The notes below the pieces were generated by a model. The model searched no databases. It had not been told where the DNA came from and saw only the letters and a list, made by a program, of their open reading frames with translations. Of a stretch of 64,000 nucleotides of DNA, positions 8,708-16,758 are shown piece by piece. Each line of letters starts with the position of its first letter. Positions within the stretch are counted from its first letter, which is position 1. Source of the DNA: a virus; IMG/VR virus record IMGVR_UViG_3300020392_000005, one strand, 5' to 3'. Made by a program: the position numbers and the translations under genes.

Positions 8708-11636
8708 ACTCTTTAAACGATTGCACTTTCAACCGTTCCTCCATCTTTTTCACAGCTTCGTCAATCTCTTTTTGATACTCTTCGCCGTATCGTTTCTTAT
8801 ATTTATCAATAGTCTCACTTGAAGCAGCCCACTCTTTTATATCTTCTGTGGTAATCTTCTCTGGTGCTTGTTCAGCACGCTTTTTAGTGTCTACTGATTT
8901 CTCATTTGGCGTCTGTCCAGGCGTGATTTCTTTAGTATGATTGGCATAATCAGCACCTATTTCGTATGCTTCTTTGCCGTACATCTGGTTAAATTTCTTT
9001 GTGTGTTTAGATGTTTTAGTCTTTGCACCTTTATCACCTGGGGCAGCTTTGTAATCACTATCTTTGTCTGATTTACTATACTTCTGTTTAGAGAAATGAC
9101 TTGCTCTCTTTTCTTTTTCACCTTTTTTCAAATCTTTATAGTATTTTTTAGGTTGTGTTCCGTCTTTCTTTTTGACATCTTTATCTTGTGGTAACTTCTT
9201 ACCATATGCTTCTTTTAGTTTCATATCTATTTCTTTCTCGGACATAGCTTCAAAACCATAATCTACATTTAAATCGTGTTCGTGTATTCTAACTTCATCT
9301 ACTTGTGGTGTAGGAATACAATCCCATATCCAACATTTGTGTAAGTTAGAATTGTTATCTTCTAATACAATGTAATTTGTTCCTCTTCTTACTACTTTAC
9401 CAGAAACATCTTGTTTTTGGTCTTCAACTATATCGTCTTGTTTAAATAATTGTTCTCTTATGTAAAGGTCTCTTACCTGCCATTGAGTAAAGTTTTCAAT
9501 AGAAGATATAGGTTTCATAGTACCTAATCCGTGAGATTGCATATTCGCTTGTAAGTTCATACCTTTTCTAACTAGACCAAACAACTTCTGTTTGTCTCTA
9601 AATGAAGTAGGTAATCCTCTTTGAAAAGATTTAAAATCATCTTTTGCGGCTGCGTCTCTCATCTTACTTGCACTCATACCTGTTGCACCTTCAGCGTCTG
9701 GGTCTCTTTCGCCAGCACTTACAACATTAATTTTATCGTACTCGTAATCAGTACCTCTTGCCTTTACGCCGTTATATCTGTTTAGTAGTGTTTCAAATTC
9801 TCTTACTCTATCTGAACCAACTACCATTGTTATTTCGTTTGCTTTACCATTTAGTTTATTGATAACTTCAATCGCTGTTCTAGCGCCAGGTATTTGTTTT
9901 ATCTTACTAGCATATCTAGGAAACATTGATTTCATAATTCTAATTTTGTCATCAACTTTTAATGGATTCTTTTTACTATCAAAAGAACCACTAGGTACTA
10001 TAATAAAATCATTTGCACCTACACTCGCAACTTTATTAATAAGTTTTTCGTGTCCTATTGTTGGTGGATTAAATCTACCAAAGGTAAATGCAATATGTTT
10101 TTTAGGTGTACCTGTTGCTTCTTTTAAACTATCTATTTCTCTATCTGTTATATTACCATCATCTAAAATATCTTTACACTTCTTATAGAATTTTAAGTAA
10201 TGGTATTTCTCTAACATTTTATAGATAACATTTTTAGGAAGTTTGTGTTTCTTACCAAACTCTCTAATTTCTTCTGGCGACATATCACTTTGAAATGCAG
10301 CTTGTCTGTCTTGTATAACTTGGTCGCCTGTATCAATGATAGATTGTATACTATCTTCAATCTCATCTAATTTATTTCTTATCATAGATTGTAGATTGTC
10401 AACATCATCATTTGATAATCCTCTTAATTCTTTGTAATCAATTATATCTCTTACTAGTTCGCCTTTGACAACATCTAACTCCATAACTTTCTTACCGAAG
10501 TCGTCCATATATTTGTCTTTGTCAAACTCTTCTTTCTCTGGTCTTCTGACAAACTTATTATTCTCTACATCAAATACGCCATCTGCCATACTATCATTTT
10601 TCTCTTTGACAGCAGGGTCTACTATTACAAAATAATTGATTGGGTGTTTAGTACCTGGTACTAGTTTACCATTTACATCTTTTAAGTTCTTTCTTAATGC
10701 CTCTAACGCAGCTTCTCTTTCTTCTTCTTTGACATCAAACAATATATTAATATCTAAATCTGCGTCTTCTCTATATCTCTTTGTTAAGATAGAACCGATT
10801 AATGAATACTTTTTGATTGGGTGATATTGTGCAAATTGTTTTAGTTGTGCGTCTATCATATCTTTCACAACTTTTTTTAATTTAGGATTGTTTGTTTCTG
10901 CGTCATCAAATACGCCAGGTGCATATCTCTTTCTAGGAATATCTATAATACTTTCCTGAATATTAACCATATTGATTAATTTTTTAGCAATCTTAACACT
11001 TTCCTCGTGGTCAGAAGGATAATGCCAACCTGCAATAACTCTTCCATAACCACACTCGTCAGCAAGTTCAATAAGATTATCTTTATGTTTAGGATATAAT
11101 TTACCATAGTATTCTGCAAGTAATCTACTTTGCAAACTATGACCTGATGGATACGCAGGAGTTTTCATAGTATCAGAAATTAATTCCATACTATCAAACT
11201 TTAAATTCATTGCGTCTGCAAGTTCATATGGTCTAGGTCTTTGAAATTTATTCTTGTAATATCTAACAACACCACTACCTGCTTTTTTAATCTCGCTTAT
11301 ATCACTATCTTTGTATTCTAAATTGTTTTCATCTAGGTATTTTTTTATACCATAAAAAGTTTCTTGGTCGTGGTTCTCTACACTTTTTTCTATATCACTA
11401 TTTCTACTCTTAAATAGTTCTATCATAGTGTTCATTTCATCTTTAGTTTCAGGACTATCGTTCTCTGGTGGCGTCTCTACATCAATATCTTTCCAGTTAC
11501 CATCTATATTCTGTACAGGTTTAGGTTCTACTTTAGGGTGTGTCAAATCATTTAGGTCTTCGTCAACCATCTTCTTTCTTTTAAGAAGTTCTTTCACATA
11601 GTTTCTATAATATGCGTTTTGAAAATTATCTGGCAT
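8694..11636 (-). CDS. Multidomain enzyme: PAP2/haloperoxidase-type phosphatase + pol-beta-type nucleotidyltransferase + HIGH cytidylyltransferase-like domain + basic tail
   Basis: K..FQRPRP / PAYPSGH / GRVIAGWHYPSD; GSILTKRYREDADLDI; FGRFNPPTIGH...VVGSDR...MSASKMR. Confidence 0.75.
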   Translation of the reverse strand: MPDNFQNAYYRNYVKELLKRKKMVDEDLNDLTHPKVEPKPVQNIDGNWKDIDVETPPENDSPETKDEMNTMIELFKSRNSDIEKSVENHDQETFYGIKKYLDENNLEYKDSDISEIKKAGSGVVRYYKNKFQRPRPYELADAMNLKFDSMELISDTMKTPAYPSGHSLQSRLLAEYYGKLYPKHKDNLIELADECGYGRVIAGWHYPSDHEESVKIAKKLINMVNIQESIIDIPRKRYAPGVFDDAETNNPKLKKVVKDMIDAQLKQFAQYHPIKKYSLIGSILTKRYREDADLDINILFDVKEEEREAALEALRKNLKDVNGKLVPGTKHPINYFVIVDPAVKEKNDSMADGVFDVENNKFVRRPEKEEFDKDKYMDDFGKKVMELDVVKGELVRDIIDYKELRGLSNDDVDNLQSMIRNKLDEIEDSIQSIIDTGDQVIQDRQAAFQSDMSPEEIREFGKKHKLPKNVIYKMLEKYHYLKFYKKCKDILDDGNITDREIDSLKEATGTPKKHIAFTFGRFNPPTIGHEKLINKVASVGANDFIIVPSGSFDSKKNPLKVDDKIRIMKSMFPRYASKIKQIPGARTAIEVINKLNGKANEITMVVGSDRVREFETLLNRYNGVKARGTDYEYDKINVVSAGERDPDAEGATGMSASKMRDAAAKDDFKSFQRGLPTSFRDKQKLFGLVRKGMNLQANMQSHGLGTMKPISSIENFTQWQVRDLYIREQLFKQDDIVEDQKQDVSGKVVRRGTNYIVLEDNNSNLHKCWIWDCIPTPQVDEVRIHEHDLNVDYGFEAMSEKEIDMKLKEAYGKKLPQDKDVKKKDGTQPKKYYKDLKKGEKEKRASHFSKQKYSKSDKDSDYKAAPGDKGAKTKTSKHTKKFNQMYGKEAYEIGADYANHTKEITPGQTPNEKSVDTKKRAEQAPEKITTEDIKEWAASSETIDKYKKRYGEEYQKEIDEAVKKMEERLKVQSFKEYVKI

Positions 11637-12303
11637 TGCTTCTCTTTAATTGTAGTTCTTTTTCTATCCACTTTTTCGCTACATAATTTTGTACAGGAAC
11701 ACTAATTAATCTCCTTACTTGTTTAAATACTTTTAATAGTTCATCTTCTTTTGCGTCATTGTTATCAACGACTATCATATTTCTCATACCAAACATATTT
11801 TGAAATCTACCGATATTATTTTGTACGGTTTGCCAACTCTTTCTAGTAATATCTTCTGGCACGCTTCTAGTTCTAATTCTATTTCTTTGTAATGCAACTT
11901 CTAAACTAGTGTTTACAAATATCATATAAGTGTCATAACCTAACATCTGTAGCATACTTCTTTGTTTATTAATTACATTATAATCTCTACCTGTTGCGTC
12001 TATAACTAAACCTAGTCTACCTCTAATGTATCTGTCCATCTGGTCGCCTGTAATCTGTTTTGCTCTTTGTCTCAATGGGTCTCTAGCACTTGCTTCATTA
12101 TCAGGCATTTTCAATGATAGACCTGCTTTCTTTAGATACATTTCAAATCTTGTATCAGAATTAACCATCTTTAAACCTAATCCTAAAGTTGTTCTATTGG
12201 TTACATAAGTCTTACCAGAACCAGGACCACCTGCAAGAAAAAATGCTTTGAATATTCCTGGGTCGTAAACACCTTCTTGTATTATAGATTTAAATTGTTT
12301 CAT
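11626..12303 (-). CDS. P-loop kinase (zeta-toxin/polynucleotide-kinase-like)
   Basis: GGPGSGKT, LVIDATG, ALQRNRIR lid; MKQFKSIIQE leader. Confidence 0.75.
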   Translation of the reverse strand: MKQFKSIIQEGVYDPGIFKAFFLAGGPGSGKTYVTNRTTLGLGLKMVNSDTRFEMYLKKAGLSLKMPDNEASARDPLRQRAKQITGDQMDRYIRGRLGLVIDATGRDYNVINKQRSMLQMLGYDTYMIFVNTSLEVALQRNRIRTRSVPEDITRKSWQTVQNNIGRFQNMFGMRNMIVVDNNDAKEDELLKVFKQVRRLISVPVQNYVAKKWIEKELQLKRSNAR

Positions 12304-12590
12304 ACTTTATATAGAGTATACTTTAAAGTTATCTCTTCTCCTTTTTTAATATCTTTTAATGTTTGCACATAAAACTTACCATCAACTTCTATCTTCTGTA
12401 CATTTGGTTTATCACTATGATTTATGAAACCACCTAGTGGCGTTCTATATAATTCTCTTCCATAGTTCAACCAACCTATACCCAAGTCTGTCCACTTGTC
12501 AATCTTCTTTGTTGCGAAAACTCCGTAACCTTCTATGGGCGATAACTTTAGTGTCAAATTATCAGGCAAAGGTCTATACTTATCTGTCAT
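12300..12590 (-). CDS. Minimal SET-domain protein (putative lysine methyltransferase)
   Basis: GYGVFA...GGFINHSDKPN...IKKGEEITLKY. Confidence 0.8.
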   Translation of the reverse strand: MTDKYRPLPDNLTLKLSPIEGYGVFATKKIDKWTDLGIGWLNYGRELYRTPLGGFINHSDKPNVQKIEVDGKFYVQTLKDIKKGEEITLKYTLYKV

Positions 12591-12894
12591 CTCCGCTACC
12601 GTGTATCTTGTCCTCTTCTAATCGTTTCTGTAATTTAAATATATTAGATTGTGCTACATCATCTAATCGTATATCTAAATCGTTTGCTAATGCACTAACA
12701 TACCATAGTACATCACCTAATTCTTTTTTAATATCTTCTTTTGAGAAAGTGTTACCGTCTCTCATATTCTTTTTAATTTTATCTGCAACTTCGCCAACTT
12801 CTGAACAAAGTCCTATCATAGGATAAGTTATCTTATCTTTTGCAGGATAAACTGCTGATGATATACTTAATGCTTGATAATCATTAAAGTTCAT
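12580..12894 (-). CDS. mazG: MazG-like NTP pyrophosphohydrolase
   Basis: GLCSEVGEV...ELGDVLWY...N..KL..R...GSGDDR. Confidence 0.85.
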   Translation of the reverse strand: MNFNDYQALSISSAVYPAKDKITYPMIGLCSEVGEVADKIKKNMRDGNTFSKEDIKKELGDVLWYVSALANDLDIRLDDVAQSNIFKLQKRLEEDKIHGSGDDR

Positions 12895-13468
12895 TTTGTA
12901 TCTCCTTTATAATATCTTTCGCAATATCACCAGGCTCTTTTCCTTGTGCCTTAATACTAACAAAGCCTGGTTGTCTTTTGAAGTAATCAATCGCTGGACC
13001 TGTTTCTTTTTTATACAAGGCAATTCTATCAGATATAATATCTGGTTTATCATCGGCTCTTCCTCTCTTTGTCAATCTTCTAATTACTTCTTCTTTATCC
13101 ACATCTAAAAATACAACAACATCATAACCTATGCCAAACTTTTCCATATCTCTAACTTGTTGCATATATCTAGGATAACCATCTAGTACATAACCTTTTG
13201 TTGCACTTGCAACTTCTTTTCTAATAAGTTTTAAAACTATATCGTTAGGTGCAAACTTACCTTGGTCTAATAAATTCTTAATCTTCTGACCATCAGGACC
13301 ACCTTTGTCAATTTCTTTTCTCAATAAACCACCTGGGTATATGTGTTTGATACCAAAGTGTCTAATGATGTATTCAGAATAGGTTGACTTACCTGAACCA
13401 GGACCACCCATAATGACTACACGAACCATCTTGGCTTCTTTTAAAAAATTAACAAATGTCTGTACCAT
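12884..13468 (-). CDS. adk: Adenylate kinase (short, LID-less type)
   Basis: GGPGSGKST, G.LLR, LDGYPR, RGRADD. Confidence 0.85.
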   Translation of the reverse strand: MVQTFVNFLKEAKMVRVVIMGGPGSGKSTYSEYIIRHFGIKHIYPGGLLRKEIDKGGPDGQKIKNLLDQGKFAPNDIVLKLIRKEVASATKGYVLDGYPRYMQQVRDMEKFGIGYDVVVFLDVDKEEVIRRLTKRGRADDKPDIISDRIALYKKETGPAIDYFKRQPGFVSIKAQGKEPGDIAKDIIKEIQNEL

Positions 13469-13502
13469 TCTTTCTCCTGTTTCTGTTTCTAAAAAAATCT
13501 TT

Positions 13503-13634
13503 CTATCCTATTAAATACATTATTAAAATACCGATTGCTAATCCTTCTAACCACGCCAGATATACTGACTTCAAAGGATGCTCGTGTATGAAATTAAACT
13601 TCCAGTCTAATATTTCTTTTATAAATTTTTTCAT
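13503..13634 (-). CDS. Small membrane protein, 43 aa (MKKFIKEILDWKFNFIHEHPLKSVYLAWLEGLAIGILIMYLIG)
   Basis: Hand-translated; ATG overlaps upstream TAA; hydrophobic C-terminus. Confidence 0.6.
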   Translation of the reverse strand: MKKFIKEILDWKFNFIHEHPLKSVYLAWLEGLAIGILIMYLIG

Positions 13635-14851
13635 TATCCTTTTACCCAATCTTTTGCGATAGTAAAGTTTGCTCTACTAAACTCTAATCTATCTACTAGT
13701 TTGACTACATTACCTATCTTATCTGTAGCAACAAATCCTTCAGGTGCGGTAACTCTATAACCACTATCAGTTCTAATAAAGTGACCAACACTTTGTATCT
13801 GTGCTAACTTCTGCAATATTGTATTCTTCGCTGTTTGCAAAGTCATATATGTTGCGATAGAAAAATATAGTGCTTGTTTGTTTCTATCAATAAATTTTAA
13901 ATTGTTATCTTTTGCATTTATATATTTCTCTTTACCTCTAGCAGTTTTCTTACTATCTATTTCTGCTTGTATAAAGTTCTCATAGTAATCTCTAAATCTA
14001 TCTTGTAATGTTCTAACACTACCCATACCACCTTTACTATCTCTAATGACAGAATTGAAAAATGTCTTTAGTCTGAAACCAACTGACAACTGGTCATTAC
14101 TATCAAATAGATTTAACAAAGGTCCTGCCTTCTGTAAACTACCTTCTGCCATTCTTAATTGTGCATTAAACTTAGCAACTTCTGCTCTACTCATTGTTGC
14201 ACTACCACTAGTATCTTTGTATTGTGCCGATGGTACGAATACACTAGCAGAATTGATACCTCTTACATAACCGAAACTTGCATTTAAACTATCCATTGCA
14301 TTACCATTATATTGAGTATGAAATACAATACCTAGTCTTGCTCTTGCAACTTTTCTACCAGCGCTACTATCAACTGGTAAAGCATATGTAATTGTGTTAG
14401 GTGTAAAAGAAATCATAGATTGACCATCTATGTTTACTACTTTCTTTTCTTCACTAGTAAATAATAAATCGCCTTGTAAGATACCTCTTATACCTAACTT
14501 TTTTAATTCTCTTAAACAGACTTGAAGTTTAGACGCAACAGGACCACTATGGTTTCTGTTTATGTCTGAAACGGTATAATTGATTTTGGGAGTTCTATTG
14601 AATACAGATTTTGTTCCAACAAAGAATTTGTTGTTTTCAGGATTGATACCACAAACTATGGCAGGTGCACCGTCCCATTTAACGGTTACATTTACTTTCT
14701 TGCTTGAGTTACCTACAAGCATTTTTTGTAAAGACTTTAAAAATGCAATCGCATTTCTACCACCTTTAGCGCCGTCATTTATAATACTATCTTCTAAATG
14801 CTCTAGGTGTGTGTTCGTACCTGAGCTTGAATATCCTTTAAAACTAAACAT
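13634..14851 (-). CDS. DUF6267-family protein, possible ATP-dependent ligase-type nucleotidyltransferase
   Basis: HLEHLED, TVKWDGAP, QGD, PEGFV, VKLVDR. Confidence 0.7.
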   Translation of the reverse strand: MFSFKGYSSSGTNTHLEHLEDSIINDGAKGGRNAIAFLKSLQKMLVGNSSKKVNVTVKWDGAPAIVCGINPENNKFFVGTKSVFNRTPKINYTVSDINRNHSGPVASKLQVCLRELKKLGIRGILQGDLLFTSEEKKVVNIDGQSMISFTPNTITYALPVDSSAGRKVARARLGIVFHTQYNGNAMDSLNASFGYVRGINSASVFVPSAQYKDTSGSATMSRAEVAKFNAQLRMAEGSLQKAGPLLNLFDSNDQLSVGFRLKTFFNSVIRDSKGGMGSVRTLQDRFRDYYENFIQAEIDSKKTARGKEKYINAKDNNLKFIDRNKQALYFSIATYMTLQTAKNTILQKLAQIQSVGHFIRTDSGYRVTAPEGFVATDKIGNVVKLVDRLEFSRANFTIAKDWVKG

Positions 14852-14918
14852 TTTTGTCCTTCATTTTTTCCATATACAAATAAACTATCCATCAATATAA
14901 TACTCACTTCGTCTCTTA

Positions 14919-14926
14919 TATTTATA
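14919..14926 (-). promoter_or_regulatory. T4-type late promoter TATAAATA heading the enzyme block
   Basis: Exact consensus. Confidence 0.8.
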
Positions 14927-14929
14927 AGA

Positions 14930-16348
14930 CTATGACACTTTTACAAAGAAACTAGATAAATCAGTATTACTAGCCGCATATCTGATAATATCAGTAGCGA
15001 TAGCGTTTCTTTGTGCTCCTGTGCCTGACATAAAAGTGTCTAAAAATTGTAGACACATATTCTTTGAGAAGATAAAACCACCTTTGAGTTCTAAACATTT
15101 TGCAATAAATGTCTTTACATCAACAGGATTCTTTGCATATTTTTTATATAAAACATACATATCGTTTAACTTCACTTGATTACTAGGTGTCTCTCGCCAA
15201 CCTTGACCTTTGAGACCACCACCTATACTTCTTCTCATATGTTTCTCACAATAGAAGTTTAGGTTACCACCACCAATCTTACCACCGGCAGCAGCCACAC
15301 CTTTTATTTCACCTTGCCAACTTGAAGTAGAATTAAATGCTCTGAATTGTACCTCACCTGTACCTATCTTAAAGTACATATCAACACTTGAAAAGAAATC
15401 ATTGTTTCTTCCAAAAGTAAAACCTTTAAAGGTATGTGTTATTTCTTTTGTTCTAGTAGGTTCGTTAAACTCTTTTAGAGAAACCGTATTGCCTAGTTTC
15501 TTTAATGAGATTCCTAAAAGAAATGTTTTAGGACTTCCTATACGACCTGCTTTATCTAATACTGCCTGATTAATTACAGACCAATCTTTTGTAAATTCTT
15601 TTAATGGGTCACTTGCAGGTGACATTGTTGTCATCCATATATCACCTGGATTCCATTTATCATCTGAAAACGAACCTGGTGCCTGTGGCATTTTACCATC
15701 TTTTTGTGCTTGTGCTTTATCCATTCTTGCAACTTCTTTTTTAGCACGATATACTTTACTCATAAAATTACTACCTCTATGAAAGTATACTGCACCTTGC
15801 ACTTTGTTTTTATATTTTCTGTATACTGCGTTTGCACTCTTAATAAATGTATCAGATTGTAACCAATCTTCAGGACATCTATCTTTAAATGCTTTGTATG
15901 CTACGGTTGCCTGTACATACTTTGCGGCCTTCTCCATATTCTTATCTGTAATATCAGAAGAAGTTATAGGTCCTCTCTTAACATTAAAGGCAAGTGAACA
16001 ATAATAACATTGACCACTCTCGGTTACTGCGGTTACAGCCGCACCACCACCAGAACCACCACCTCCTCCGAAGAGTGGCGATTTATATATCTTCGTAATA
16101 GGAACAACTTCTGTTTTGTTTCCTGTATCTGATTTACAAACGATTGAGAAAGGATAGGTATTAGGTTTACCTTCTATTGATATACCTGTAAGTTTACGAC
16201 CTGAAGAAGTCTTACCTTCTACAAATCGTTCTTTATTCTTAATCATAAGTTCGCATATGGCAAATCTAGTCTTGCCTGCGTACTTACCATTCTTTGAGAC
16301 ATATGCTTTGCCGTCTCTAATGAAATCGTTTTTTCCTAATGTTGCCAT
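14930..16348 (-). CDS. Hypothetical protein, possible PD-(D/E)xK-like endonuclease
   Basis: TES.Q, DKWNPGDIW, GISLKK motifs; Gly linker after an N-terminal domain. Confidence 0.45.
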   Translation of the reverse strand: MATLGKNDFIRDGKAYVSKNGKYAGKTRFAICELMIKNKERFVEGKTSSGRKLTGISIEGKPNTYPFSIVCKSDTGNKTEVVPITKIYKSPLFGGGGGSGGGAAVTAVTESGQCYYCSLAFNVKRGPITSSDITDKNMEKAAKYVQATVAYKAFKDRCPEDWLQSDTFIKSANAVYRKYKNKVQGAVYFHRGSNFMSKVYRAKKEVARMDKAQAQKDGKMPQAPGSFSDDKWNPGDIWMTTMSPASDPLKEFTKDWSVINQAVLDKAGRIGSPKTFLLGISLKKLGNTVSLKEFNEPTRTKEITHTFKGFTFGRNNDFFSSVDMYFKIGTGEVQFRAFNSTSSWQGEIKGVAAAGGKIGGGNLNFYCEKHMRRSIGGGLKGQGWRETPSNQVKLNDMYVLYKKYAKNPVDVKTFIAKCLELKGGFIFSKNMCLQFLDTFMSGTGAQRNAIATDIIRYAASNTDLSSFFVKVS

Positions 16349-16368
16349 AATAGTTCTCCTTTAAGAGT

Positions 16369-16397
16369 ATACTAGACAATATTTATTCTTATGTCAA
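16369..16397 (-). promoter_or_regulatory. Sigma70-like promoter
   Basis: TTGACA-17-TAGTAT. Confidence 0.55.
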
Positions 16398-16406
16398 GCA
16401 CAAACT

Positions 16407-16483
16407 TGGCGACCTTGGCAGGACTTGAACCTGCAACATCTAGTTTAGAAGACTAGTGCTCTATCCAGTTGAGCTACAAGGCC
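16407..16483 (-). tRNA. tRNA-Arg(UCU)
   Basis: Cloverleaf: GGCCTTG acceptor, CTAGT-CTTCTAA-ACTAG anticodon arm, GGTTCAAGTCC T-arm, encoded CCA. Confidence 0.95.
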
Positions 16484-16493
16484 TTCTTCCAAG

Positions 16494-16757
16494 TTAGTCG
16501 TAATAAGAACAAAGAAAGTGAGGAATACCACCATTGACTTCCCAAACTCTATGTTTGTTTTGAAATCTTACAAGAGCTCTGGCGTCTTTCTCAAAGAAGT
16601 AGTCTTTGATAATAGTACCGGTAGGTTTTTCAGTAACCCTCCAGTATATCTTACCTCTCTTCTTAACCATAGATTTAGTGTAATGTAATTTCTCACCTTC
16701 TTCTAATGGTCGTGTTCCTTCTTGTCTTGTTTTTGTTATATTTTTTTTACGAGGCAT
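16494..16757 (-). CDS. Small basic hypothetical protein
   Basis: Start moved to MPRKK directly after the gene 41 stop. Confidence 0.6.
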   Translation of the reverse strand: MPRKKNITKTRQEGTRPLEEGEKLHYTKSMVKKRGKIYWRVTEKPTGTIIKDYFFEKDARALVRFQNKHRVWEVNGGIPHFLCSYYD

Positions 16758-16758
16758 A

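Noticed and set aside
16036-16068. GGN-rich repeat in 14930..16348
   Set aside because: Simply encodes a glycine linker (GGGGGSGGGAA).
16407-16483. Amber suppressor tRNA (CTA visible in the loop) or stop-codon recoding
   Set aside because: The 5-bp stem places TCT at positions 34-36 (Arg). Core genes are intact under the standard code and TAG is used as a normal stop.
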